Positions 21,436 through 31,349 of a stretch of DNA of 64,000 bases are shown here, one piece after another. The stretch covers positions 1 through 64,000 of the forward strand of contig JBJFGS010000031.1 of assembly GCA_051892935.1 (NCBI GenBank), read 5' to 3'. The number at the start of each line of letters is the position of its first letter. The first letter of the stretch is position 1. A program made the position numbers and the translations under genes. The notes beneath the pieces are model-generated. The model saw only the letters and a program-made list of their open reading frames with translations, made no database searches and was not told the origin of the DNA. The DNA is from Candidatus Coprovivens sp. (lineage in GTDB: Bacteria; Bacillota_I; Bacilli_A; RF39; UBA660).

Positions 21436-21631
21436 CATCATAAATTTTATATTTATGATTTTCATGTTTTGCAGAATTATTTATATTAAGAGTTTATTTA
21501 ATTACAAAGACTCTCTACTTACCTTTGTAACTATTCATCATACCTTTCTATTTATATAAAAAGCTCTTAAATAATTTATATTATTCTGCTGTTCTTGTTT
21601 TCTGAAGGATTAAGTAATCCTTCTTTTTTTT
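21436..21631 (+). ncRNA. Candidate structured small RNA (~195 nt)
   Basis: Lies between the promoter above and terminator GAAGGATTA/TAATCCTTC-T9; nested stems; no meaningful ORF. Confidence 0.55.
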
Positions 21632-21720
21632 GATTTTTCTTGCTAGATGAGTAAGTTGTTTGATATGCTTATGTTAAGAATAAAATGCGGATTAATGTTG
21701 TTGTATGAGGTATTATATTT

Positions 21721-23622
21721 ATGATTGATGATGTAGTTACTAAGTTTAATATTACTGAAACTGTAAAGTTAGATAATGGATGCAAGTATAAAGTTACCCT
21801 AGAGCTTCCAATGAAAGATGGTTGGTTTGAAGATGTTTATTTTTGTGTTCAGAAAGGTAATCAGTTGATGCCAATTAAACTTAAGCATAAGGAAAATAAA
21901 GATGGTATAGTCTATTTTGAGACTGAGGAAGATGTCTTCTTAGAGACAAGAGCAATTTATAAGTATTATTTTTCTTATAAGGTTGATGGATTTAGAAGAT
22001 TTGTTAAGAATAATAATATTATAGGTTCTGATGGAATTGCTCTTGAAGAAATGTTTAAGATGAGTGTTAATTTTACAGCTCCAGAGTGGGCGAAAGGCAG
22101 GATGATGTATCATATTTTTGTAGATAGATTTTATCGTGGTAGTGAGGAACCAATGAAAGAGATGGTACGTCGCCATATTCATAAGTCTTGGGATGAACCG
22201 GTTGTTGTTGAAGGTGATGAACAAGGTATTTGGAATAATGATTTTTATGGTGGAGATTTAAAAGGGATTATAAAAAAGTTAGATTATATTCAAGAATTAG
22301 GAATAGATATCCTTTATTTAAGTCCAGTTGTTTATAGTCAGTCGACACATGGGTATGATGCTTCAGATTATGAAATGGTAGATCCTTATAAGGGAACAAT
22401 TGATGATTTAAAAATGTTATGTGATGAAGCTCATAAAAGAGGTATGAAAGTTATACTTGACGCAGTGTTTAATCATACGGGGTCAGATAGTAAGTATTTT
22501 AATAAATATCAAAATAAAGAATGGATAGAAAAAGAACAAGATAAAGGAGCTTATTGGGATAAGGACAGTAAATATTATAATTTTTATAAAAGAGTTCGTG
22601 GAGCAGATGGAATTATATACCAGCAATATTGGTGGGGATTCGATACATTATCAGTATGTGATGGAAATGCAAAAGAATGGCAAGAATATATAACAGGCAA
22701 AGGTGGAGTTATTGACCTTTGGTTTTCTTGTGGTATAGATGGATTACGATTAGATGTAGCGGATGACTTAACTGATGAATTTATTGAATTAATAAGAATT
22801 GCTCTACATAGAAATAAACCAGATGGATTTATACTTGGTGAAGTATGGGAAAATCCAATGAATATGTATAAAGATGGTAAGAAACGAGAGTACATTGAAA
22901 ATGGTAGGTGTATGGATTCAGTAATGAATTATAATTTTGTTAAAGCTTTAATTAGATATTTTAGGTATGGAGAAGTTGAAGATTTAGCAAGAAAAATTAA
23001 AGAATGTAGAGATACTTATCCAGAAGATACTTTTTATACAGCAATGAATTTTACATCAACGCATGATATGACAAGAGGTATTAATTTATGGGATAGTAAT
23101 ATTTTTAATTATTATGGTCTTTGGCCTTGGAATTTAAATAATGAAGATCATAAGTGGGCGCAACAATATAAGATGAATCCTGAGCAGTATGAAGAAGCGA
23201 AGAAGATTTATCAAGCTTATATATTTTTTCAAACATTTTATCCAGGGATTCTTAGTATATTTGCTGGTGATGAAATGGGAGTTCAAGGAATTGGTAATTT
23301 AGATAATAGAAAGCCTATTCCTTGGGATAGTCCAGATGAGAATTTGATAGAGTTTTTTAGGGAGATTGGTGCGATAAGGAAGTCAGAAACTTTTATGCAT
23401 GATGCTGATATAAAGGTGAGAAATATAAATCCAAATTATGCAGCTTTTGAGAGAATTAAAAATGAAGAGAGAATGTTAGTTGTTGTTAATAGGACGAATA
23501 CGGAGCAGCAGTTTGTAGTACCCGAGGAATATCGAAGTGCTGAGAAAGTTTATACTTTAAAGAAATGTAGACCAGGTATGGTTGGTCCATATGGCGGAAT
23601 TGCAATGAAGATAAGAAACTAG
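21721..23622 (+). CDS. GH13 glycosidase (neopullulanase/amylopullulanase-like)
   Basis: YHIFVDRF, GGDLKGI, DAVFNH, GLRLDVA, GEVW, STHD. Confidence 0.93.
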   Translation: MIDDVVTKFNITETVKLDNGCKYKVTLELPMKDGWFEDVYFCVQKGNQLMPIKLKHKENKDGIVYFETEEDVFLETRAIYKYYFSYKVDGFRRFVKNNNIIGSDGIALEEMFKMSVNFTAPEWAKGRMMYHIFVDRFYRGSEEPMKEMVRRHIHKSWDEPVVVEGDEQGIWNNDFYGGDLKGIIKKLDYIQELGIDILYLSPVVYSQSTHGYDASDYEMVDPYKGTIDDLKMLCDEAHKRGMKVILDAVFNHTGSDSKYFNKYQNKEWIEKEQDKGAYWDKDSKYYNFYKRVRGADGIIYQQYWWGFDTLSVCDGNAKEWQEYITGKGGVIDLWFSCGIDGLRLDVADDLTDEFIELIRIALHRNKPDGFILGEVWENPMNMYKDGKKREYIENGRCMDSVMNYNFVKALIRYFRYGEVEDLARKIKECRDTYPEDTFYTAMNFTSTHDMTRGINLWDSNIFNYYGLWPWNLNNEDHKWAQQYKMNPEQYEEAKKIYQAYIFFQTFYPGILSIFAGDEMGVQGIGNLDNRKPIPWDSPDENLIEFFREIGAIRKSETFMHDADIKVRNINPNYAAFERIKNEERMLVVVNRTNTEQQFVVPEEYRSAEKVYTLKKCRPGMVGPYGGIAMKIRN

Positions 23623-23643
23623 ATAGAGATGTCTAGTTTTTTT
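23617..23643 (+). terminator. Intrinsic terminator / 27-bp direct repeat (left copy)
   Basis: AACTAGATAGAGATGTCTAGTTTTTTT, identical to 28926-28952. Confidence 0.8.
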
Positions 23644-23701
23644 GTTCTCTAAATAGTTAATTGTGATATACTTTATATAGAATAATGGAGTTGAGCTTTG
23701 T

Positions 23702-25771
23702 ATGAAAATTAAGAATAAAAAAATAAAATTTTTATTATATGGATTGTTATTGATGATTCCGACGATAGTATTTGCGGAATCTAGTAATGAAATGAGTTTT
23801 GTTGAAGCCGTATTTGCACATTTATTTTTGACAATGTTTTCTTATGTGACGGTTCTAACACCTTTATCTCAGATTATCAAAAGTGATGTGGAAGAACGAA
23901 AGAGTTGTTGTAAAACATTATTTTTAATTCGTATTGTTATTTTAATAGTGTTAATTTCTTTTTCACCAATAATTAGTTTTTTTGTTGATTTCGTATCGAT
24001 TTTTGTTGGAGGTTTTATACTAATTCCAATGGCAACACGTAAAGATAATACAAATAAGGAGTTGTTGAGGGCTAATATTATTGATGAACCTATGAGATGT
24101 ACTAAGTGTAATGCAGAAATAAAAGCAGGGGATGTTTTTTGTATAAGCTGTGGAGAAAAAGTTGAGTCAACAACTGTTGTAAATACGAATTCGACAGAGG
24201 TTTTTACTTGTCCGAAATGTAAAAGAAAATTACCACCAGGTAATCATTTCTGTATTCATTGTGGCCAAAGTATAGAAGTTAGTGAAGCAATAATCAATAA
24301 AACCGATTTAAAATGTGCTAAATGTCAATCAGTTATAAAACCTACTGATGTGTTTTGTACAAATTGTGGTTCAAAAGTAAGTTATATATCTACAGTAAAA
24401 AATTTTAGTGAATATGCTCAAGCTCATGCTGGTAATTCAATTAATGTTTATGAGTTGCCTTATTATAATATGACAGAAGATCAGATGTTAACAACAATGA
24501 TTGAAAGTGAAATCACTAAGAGTGGTGAAAAAAATAGTGTTTCTATCGCTGCCTTAGAAAAAAAGAAAAGCATATTTGCTTTAGTATATGCTGTTATTGT
24601 ATTTATTTGTATATCTTTATTATTCTTTCATACTAAAACTGTAGCCATTATTGCAGTATTTGGAATTGCATCGTTTATTTATTTTAATAATGTAAGAAAA
24701 TATAATATTGTTCAATATTTGAAAAAAGAGATAAAGTCTCGTCCTGATGAGAAAATTAATTACATAGTTTCCAGTGTTATTTCTGGAAAAATTGATAATT
24801 CATTTTTCAAAATAGTTAGAATTGCGATTTTAGTAGTTGCTGTTATTATTCCATTATTTATATTTAGAGCGCCACATGTTATTTATGAAGAGCAAAGCGA
24901 TGGCTATGTAATTCGTTTTTATACTGTTGGTCTTTTAGAAAATGATAAAGTTCTAGAAATTCCTGAGAAATATAAAGGTAAACCAGTTGTTGGTATTAGA
25001 GGAGATGTTTTTGCAAACGTAAAAACTATAGAGGAAGTTATATTGCCAGATACAATTAAGGAAATTAGAGGCGGAGCATTTATGAATGCTATTAGCTTAG
25101 AAAAGATTAATTTACCAGAAGGAATTCCAGAAATTAAAGGTAGTACCTTTGAAGGATGCAGTAGTTTGAAAGAGATTACTATTCCAGATAGTGTTACGAG
25201 AATTGGTGGTTCAGCATTTCGTGATAATACTTCTTTAGCGAAGGTTGTTATTAGTGAAAATAGTAAACTTGAAGAGATTGGATCTTCGGCATTTAGAAAT
25301 TGCTATAAATTAAAAGAAATAACTTTACCTAAAAATGTAAATATTAATGAAAGAGCATTTAAAGGAAATACAACTACTGTAAGAGAGTATACTAATAATT
25401 ATGTTTCTTCTAGTGCTGATTCTTCGGGAAGTACTTCTTCTGGTGCTATTACTAGTACAAAAGATGTTTATGAATACAATAGATTTTTATATCTAACGCT
25501 TGGTGAACGTCAGTTGGTTAATGCATATCGAACTAATGCAGTGACACAAGATTACTACATTGAATTAATTAAGGTTGAAGAAAGTAGAACAGATGATTAT
25601 ACATATGTATTAAATATATCTAACGCATCTGGTGGAAGTCATAGTTTCTTGTTGTTTGAAGGACAAAATACATATGTAGATAATGAATATGATATTGTAG
25701 TTGAATGTGTTAATTCTTATTACTTTACTGCTTATAATGAGAGTATTGGAGTAAACATTTACTTTAACTAA
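23702..25771 (+). CDS. Membrane protein with three zinc ribbons and BspA-type leucine-rich repeats
   Basis: 3x CxxC..FCxxCG; TM segments; LP..I.EI...AF..C..L repeats. Confidence 0.8.
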   Translation: MKIKNKKIKFLLYGLLLMIPTIVFAESSNEMSFVEAVFAHLFLTMFSYVTVLTPLSQIIKSDVEERKSCCKTLFLIRIVILIVLISFSPIISFFVDFVSIFVGGFILIPMATRKDNTNKELLRANIIDEPMRCTKCNAEIKAGDVFCISCGEKVESTTVVNTNSTEVFTCPKCKRKLPPGNHFCIHCGQSIEVSEAIINKTDLKCAKCQSVIKPTDVFCTNCGSKVSYISTVKNFSEYAQAHAGNSINVYELPYYNMTEDQMLTTMIESEITKSGEKNSVSIAALEKKKSIFALVYAVIVFICISLLFFHTKTVAIIAVFGIASFIYFNNVRKYNIVQYLKKEIKSRPDEKINYIVSSVISGKIDNSFFKIVRIAILVVAVIIPLFIFRAPHVIYEEQSDGYVIRFYTVGLLENDKVLEIPEKYKGKPVVGIRGDVFANVKTIEEVILPDTIKEIRGGAFMNAISLEKINLPEGIPEIKGSTFEGCSSLKEITIPDSVTRIGGSAFRDNTSLAKVVISENSKLEEIGSSAFRNCYKLKEITLPKNVNINERAFKGNTTTVREYTNNYVSSSADSSGSTSSGAITSTKDVYEYNRFLYLTLGERQLVNAYRTNAVTQDYYIELIKVEESRTDDYTYVLNISNASGGSHSFLLFEGQNTYVDNEYDIVVECVNSYYFTAYNESIGVNIYFN

Positions 25772-25790
25772 TTAAGTAAGGGGGATTGTT

Positions 25791-27521
25791 ATGAATTATA
25801 AGTTTATACATTTACTTTATGTTCCAACGATGGCTTGCAATATGGCTTGTAAGTATTGTTATTTAGAAGATAATACAAAGGATGAATGGAATAAATATAA
25901 ACCGCTTGATACTCTAGAATATGCTGTAGAAAAGTTTCATAATAGTAATGTTATACCTTTTAATATATCTTTACATGGCGGAGAAGTTACTACTTTAAGT
26001 AAAAATGATTTTGAAGGTGTTGTTAAGTATATTTATGATTATTATAAAGAAAATAAGAAGTTGATTGAATCAAATGGTTTTAGAGTAGGGAGTCCACATA
26101 TTAAAACAAATTTGTTTGATTTAGAAAAGCATCTTGATGCGATAAAGAAGTATGATGTTTCTATAAGTGGTAGTTTGGATTTACCTTTAGTAATGCATGA
26201 TGAGTATAGAGTTACTAAAGGTGGTAAAGGAACTTTAAAAAAAATATTAGAAAATATAAAGTTGCTTGAAGATTTACCTAATAAGAAGAAAGTGTCAGCA
26301 ACTATATTTAAAGAACATTTTGATTTAGATAAGATTGTTAATGATATTAAGTATTTACATGAAAATACTTGTTTAAATATGAATGATTTTAATTTCATGA
26401 TAGGTTTTGATTACAATTCGAATGGTATTTTACATCATATAAGTGAAGACGAACAGGTTGAGCTGTTTAAAAGGATGCATCAGGAGTTTGATGGAACTGA
26501 TTTGGATGAAGGTGTTAATGGCGCTTGGTTCAATGAGTTTGGTCCTGATTATTGTACTAATTGTACGAATTGTGGTGAAAAGTTTTTCTTACTGGAAAAG
26601 AATGGAGATATTTATTCGTGTGTAAGAGGTCAGAAGAATAAGGATTTTTATTATGGAAATATATATAAGGATGATGTTGAAACGATATTAAATAATGCCA
26701 AAGAGAAGATGTTAGCTAATCATAGAAGAGTTGGCTTTAATGAGGAATGTAGTAAATGCAAGTATTTATATATTTGTAAAACAGGTTGTCCTTTTGTAAA
26801 GAATACGTATAAAAATAATAAATCCTATACATGTAAATTACAACAGGAATTGTATAAAAAAAGACAGTACTTAGAAGATGATAGCACTGATGAATTTGTA
26901 TATGAATATGTTAAAGAAATGCATCCTGATGAGTTAATGAATTATTATCCTAGTAGAAGGGTTAATGAGTTTAAGTCTTTGGAAGAGCTAATAAAGGAAG
27001 ATCAGAAGTTAAAATATATTTATGATAGTGAATGTTTTGTATTAAGTGTTGATGGTGTTGATTATAAGTTAGAATCGCAGATACTTAAGAAATTTAGAGA
27101 GATAATTTATATAACACCTGATAGTGATATTAATTTGTATATTAAGAATGATTTGTTAGAACAAGAATGTGATTATCCACAGAACAATTCTTTATATATG
27201 ATGTTACTTAGTGGGCATTTGATTCAATATGGTGATGAGGGAAGAACTAAACAAGAACATATTGCTACTCATCAAGTTTATAAGGGTGTTTTGGAAAAGA
27301 ATGAATCCGATAAAGAAGGATTTTATAAGTACAATATTACGAGTATGATAAGAGAGTATGGTAAGTATTTTGATAAAGAAAATCCGAATAATATGTTCTT
27401 TACGACGAATGCGTTAAGAGATTATCATTATACTAAGCAAAAGAATAATGCTTATTATCATATAGATGCTATTAATTTACCATTTCAAAATATTGAGTTT
27501 TACTATATAGGAGGAGAGTAG
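25791..27521 (+). CDS. Radical SAM/SPASM protein (anSME-like) with ~200-aa C-terminal extension
   Basis: CNMACKYC, LHGGE, SPASM cysteines (C...GDIYSC...CSKC..LYICKTGCP...C). Confidence 0.9.
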   Translation: MNYKFIHLLYVPTMACNMACKYCYLEDNTKDEWNKYKPLDTLEYAVEKFHNSNVIPFNISLHGGEVTTLSKNDFEGVVKYIYDYYKENKKLIESNGFRVGSPHIKTNLFDLEKHLDAIKKYDVSISGSLDLPLVMHDEYRVTKGGKGTLKKILENIKLLEDLPNKKKVSATIFKEHFDLDKIVNDIKYLHENTCLNMNDFNFMIGFDYNSNGILHHISEDEQVELFKRMHQEFDGTDLDEGVNGAWFNEFGPDYCTNCTNCGEKFFLLEKNGDIYSCVRGQKNKDFYYGNIYKDDVETILNNAKEKMLANHRRVGFNEECSKCKYLYICKTGCPFVKNTYKNNKSYTCKLQQELYKKRQYLEDDSTDEFVYEYVKEMHPDELMNYYPSRRVNEFKSLEELIKEDQKLKYIYDSECFVLSVDGVDYKLESQILKKFREIIYITPDSDINLYIKNDLLEQECDYPQNNSLYMMLLSGHLIQYGDEGRTKQEHIATHQVYKGVLEKNESDKEGFYKYNITSMIREYGKYFDKENPNNMFFTTNALRDYHYTKQKNNAYYHIDAINLPFQNIEFYYIGGE

Positions 27522-27522
27522 T

Positions 27523-27888
27523 ATGTTAAAGAAAAATCCTGAAACTTATAATGAGATTGTTCATTATAAAAAAATGATGGAGTTAATTAAAAATTATAAG
27601 GTTTCGCAAGAAGTAGTTGATGAAATAAGTGATTTTATATTAGCTAGTCCTACAAATAATATTGTTTGTAATACTTCACAAATAATCTTGAAAAGCGGAA
27701 ATGTTGTTAATAAGACTTATAATGCAGTGAAATTATCAAGTGCTATTGATGGTTTGAGAATGTCTATGGCTTCATTAGTACTTATTCCACATTATACGCC
27801 ATCTTCTGGTGGAGGAGGTTATAGCGGAGGTTCTTCTTCAAACAATAACAATAACAACAATAACAATAATAATAACAATAATAATTAG
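27523..27888 (+). CDS. Small protein with Gly/Ser linker and poly-Asn15 tail
   Basis: Strong RBS (GGAGGAG) coupled to the rSAM stop; mixed AAC/AAT codons at 27841-27885. Confidence 0.7.
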   Translation: MLKKNPETYNEIVHYKKMMELIKNYKVSQEVVDEISDFILASPTNNIVCNTSQIILKSGNVVNKTYNAVKLSSAIDGLRMSMASLVLIPHYTPSSGGGGYSGGSSSNNNNNNNNNNNNNNN

Positions 27889-27896
27889 GTGATGTT

Positions 27897-28925
27897 ATGA
27901 TAACTGAGAGAAAACATGAAGATAGATTAAAAAGATTTGGACTTAATATAAAGACAAAGTATAAGTCTTTTGATAATGTGTTAGAAAGAAATACTGATGG
28001 TTCTAAAAATGATAATATTCCTGAGGGAGTTAGAATAAGAAAAGATTATTACTATAAAGGGCAGGTTATACACAAAGAGACTTTGTTTGATTCGAGAATT
28101 ATTTATAAATTTGTATTTGAACATGATGGAGAAAATCAGAAGTGTCCAAATTGTGGAAATGTTGGGAAGATAGAAGAGTTTACGGATGGTTGTCCTTATT
28201 GTGGTACTCATTATAATATGGATTATGATAATAAAGAATTGGGTAGTAAACATTATTATGATTTAACAATGAAGGATTCTGAATATATTGTTAGGACTTT
28301 GATTATTGATTTAATAGTTTCTTTTATTGTTTCGTTAGTGTTTATTATACAGACTAGTAGAACGTTTACGATTTTTGATATGAGTAAGGTTTTGTTAGGA
28401 ACTGTGTTGATAGGAGCAATATTGTTTTTTGTATTTTATTATATGGATGCGGCGATTGTGTTGGCTTCTGTTAGAGCGAAGAAAGAAAAACTTAATCAGG
28501 AACAGAGAGAGTTTTGGAATAGAGTAAGTGAACGTGGAATTACTAAGACATGTTTTTATAATAATTTGAATTATGAATTACGTGAATTGTATTATGGTAA
28601 TGATTATCCTAATATTATAGATTATGATATTTTAGATTATAACTGGTTTAGTGAGTCTGAAGATAAAGATGGTTTTTATATAACAGTTAATTTAGATATT
28701 AGATTAGTGGAGTTTAAAAATGGAAAGTGTCATTCAAAAGTAGATAGCAAGACATATAAGTTTAAAAGAATTAGAATCGATGGAGTAACAATGAATAAAG
28801 GTGTAAACATTATTCAATGTCCTAATTGTGGTTCATCTATAGATGCTACTAAAGGTAAATGTGAGTATTGTGGTACTGAAAATAACTATTTGCAAGAGTG
28901 GTATTTGGTTGATGTAGATGAATAG
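27897..28925 (+). CDS. Zinc-ribbon membrane protein
   Basis: CPNCG..CPYCG, two TMs, C-terminal CPNCG..CEYCG. Confidence 0.75.
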   Translation: MITERKHEDRLKRFGLNIKTKYKSFDNVLERNTDGSKNDNIPEGVRIRKDYYYKGQVIHKETLFDSRIIYKFVFEHDGENQKCPNCGNVGKIEEFTDGCPYCGTHYNMDYDNKELGSKHYYDLTMKDSEYIVRTLIIDLIVSFIVSLVFIIQTSRTFTIFDMSKVLLGTVLIGAILFFVFYYMDAAIVLASVRAKKEKLNQEQREFWNRVSERGITKTCFYNNLNYELRELYYGNDYPNIIDYDILDYNWFSESEDKDGFYITVNLDIRLVEFKNGKCHSKVDSKTYKFKRIRIDGVTMNKGVNIIQCPNCGSSIDATKGKCEYCGTENNYLQEWYLVDVDE

Positions 28926-28952
28926 AACTAGATAGAGATGTCTAGTTTTTTT
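28926..28952 (+). terminator. Intrinsic terminator / 27-bp direct repeat (right copy)
   Basis: Identical to 23617-23643. Confidence 0.8.
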
Positions 28953-28966
28953 ATGATATAATTGTT

Positions 28967-29494
28967 GTGGTGGTATATGTGAGTTATAAAGAGATGTTTG
29001 AAATTTTCTTGTGTGATATGAGTGCTAATATTGAGAATGCTAAAAAATTGTATCAGAAGGTTAAAGTAAAGAGTGATTTATTAAAGATGTATTATAATGA
29101 TATTCTGAAATATGAAGTGGTAGTTGAAGAATATAAGAAATATAATAGAGATACTTTAAATGATATTATTTTGAATAGGATAGAAGAAGATTCAACAGAA
29201 TTAGAATAGTTATACGATGATTTTAGTGATGAAGTTGATGATTATATTGATGAATTAAGTGACGATGATGAAGAAGAATTTTGGAATGACCCAATTTTAG
29301 TATATGAATCTGTGAAGAGAAATCAGAAAATTATGGATAGTCTTTTTGATAGTACTAAAGATGCTAAAGAGAAAAATCATGTAAGAAAGAGTAGACCAGA
29401 ACATCGACCTTTACCTAGGGGAGATAGTCGTGTACGTTCAATGGATGACTTTGTTGAAGATAGTGATGTTATGAATTTTGATGAGTTAAATTAG
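28967..29494 (+). pseudogene. Acidic hypothetical gene split by one in-frame TAG
   Basis: ORFs 28967..29209 and 29312..29494 share a frame and the sequence between them is open (LYDDFSDEVDD...). Confidence 0.6.
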
Positions 29495-29508
29495 AGAGGA
29501 ATGAAGTT

Positions 29509-30810
29509 ATGAATGAATTAAAATGTCCTAATTGTGGGACTGTATTTCAGATAGATGAACAAGACTATGAATCTATAGTTAAGCAGATACGTGATAAAGA
29601 GTTTGAAAAAGAGATAAATCTAAGAGAAGCTCAGTATAAGAATGATAAGGAACAAGCTTTGAAGTTAGCTGAAGCTAAAGCAGAGAAGGATTTGGCAGAT
29701 GAATTAAATAAGAAAGAATTAGAAATAGCTAGTTTGAAGAGTGAACTTAAGTTAAAAGAAACTGAGACTGAGAATAGATTGGAGAAGAAGTATAGTGAAG
29801 AATTAAGTAAAAAGATTATTGAAATAACTGAATTAAAGAATGAGATTAAGTTAAAGGATACAGAGAAGGAGTTAGCTTTAAAGGATATTGTTAATGAGAA
29901 AGATAAGGAGATAGATTCTTTAAATACTAAGTTGGAAAGTAATAAGAATGAATTCTTAGTTAAAGAGCAATCTTTGAAGGAAAAGTATGAAGATAAGATA
30001 AAAGATAAAGATGAACAAATAGCTTATTATAAGGATTTTAAGGCAAGACAAAGTACTAAAATGATTGGAGAGTCGTTAGAGCAACATTGTAGTAATGAAT
30101 TTAACAAGTTAAGACCATTATTTAAGAATGTTTATTTTGAAAAAGATAATGATGCAAAGACTGGTAGTAAGGGAGACTTTATATTTAAAGAAACAGATGA
30201 TGATGGTACGGAAATTATTTCAATTATGTTTGAGATGAAGAATGAAGCAGATGAGACAGCTACTAAACATAAGAATGAAGATTTCTTGAAAGAACTTGAT
30301 AAAGATAGAAAAGAGAAAAATTGTGAGTATGCTGTATTAGTATCTTTGCTTGAAATAGATAATGATTATTATAATAGTGGTATTGTTGATGTATCACATA
30401 GATATGAAAAAATGTATGTAATTAGACCACAATTCTTTATACCTCTTATAACTTTACTTAGGGGGTCTGCTATGAATGCACTTGGATATAAAAAACAACT
30501 TGAAATTGTTCAAAATCAAAATATCGATATTTCGAAATTTGAAGAAAATATGAACAGTTTTAAAGATGCTTTTGGTAGAAATTATCGACTTGCAAGTGAA
30601 AGGTTTCAAAAAGCAATTGAAGAGATTGATAAAACTATTGATCATTTGCAGAAAACTAAAGAACATTTGCTTAAAAGTGAAGATAATTTAAGACTTGCTA
30701 ATAATAAAGCAGAAGACTTGAGTATTAAAAAGCTAACTAGCGGAAATCCAACTATGCAACAGATGTTTGAAGAATTAAAAAATGACAAAGAAGAAGAAAA
30801 AGTTGATTAA
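29509..30810 (+). CDS. DUF2130 family coiled-coil protein
   Basis: CPNCG N-terminus, [34 protein letters not shown]. Confidence 0.88.
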   Translation: MNELKCPNCGTVFQIDEQDYESIVKQIRDKEFEKEINLREAQYKNDKEQALKLAEAKAEKDLADELNKKELEIASLKSELKLKETETENRLEKKYSEELSKKIIEITELKNEIKLKDTEKELALKDIVNEKDKEIDSLNTKLESNKNEFLVKEQSLKEKYEDKIKDKDEQIAYYKDFKARQSTKMIGESLEQHCSNEFNKLRPLFKNVYFEKDNDAKTGSKGDFIFKETDDDGTEIISIMFEMKNEADETATKHKNEDFLKELDKDRKEKNCEYAVLVSLLEIDNDYYNSGIVDVSHRYEKMYVIRPQFFIPLITLLRGSAMNALGYKKQLEIVQNQNIDISKFEENMNSFKDAFGRNYRLASERFQKAIEEIDKTIDHLQKTKEHLLKSEDNLRLANNKAEDLSIKKLTSGNPTMQQMFEELKNDKEEEKVD

Positions 30811-30849
30811 TATCTTGTAATTTTTAAATATTTATTATATTATATTTGT

Positions 30850-30952
30850 ACTGGTGACGATTGCTAAGTGGAAACACCTCTTTCCATCCCGAACAGAGAA
30901 GTTAAGCACTTATACGCCGACGATAGTTTTGCGAAAATAGGTAGTTGCCAGT
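30850..30952 (+). rRNA. rrf: 5S rRNA, stand-alone copy
   Basis: CTGGTG...CACC...CCATCCCGAAC..AGAAGTTAAG...GCCGA.GATAGT...AGGTAGTTGCCAG; own TTGTAA-17-TATTAT promoter (30815-30843); T-run after. Confidence 0.92.
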
Positions 30953-31349
30953 TTTTTTTGTGTTTTTTTTTATGATTTTGTTTTTTCAGTAGTTGGATAT
31001 TTATTTTCTAAAACAATGATTTTATTTTTCTTACCATTTGCATTGATTGGTATATTGATATTAAGTCAATTATATGATTAATTGCTTATTGATACAAAGG
31101 ATGGTAAGAAGTTTATTATGTATTAATTAGGAGATATTAAACAATCATTTAAGATAATAGTCTAATTAAAGGTTTATAAAGAAATGTTTTTTATAAAAAT
31201 AAGAAACAATATTACTTTTAAATAAGAAGGAACATGTATAGAGATGTTTTTTTTTATTTACATATTCCTATTTATTTATGTAAATGATTCTATATTAATA
31301 AATAACAAATTAAATTAATTGATATAATTTAATTAATGATAGGGCGTGA

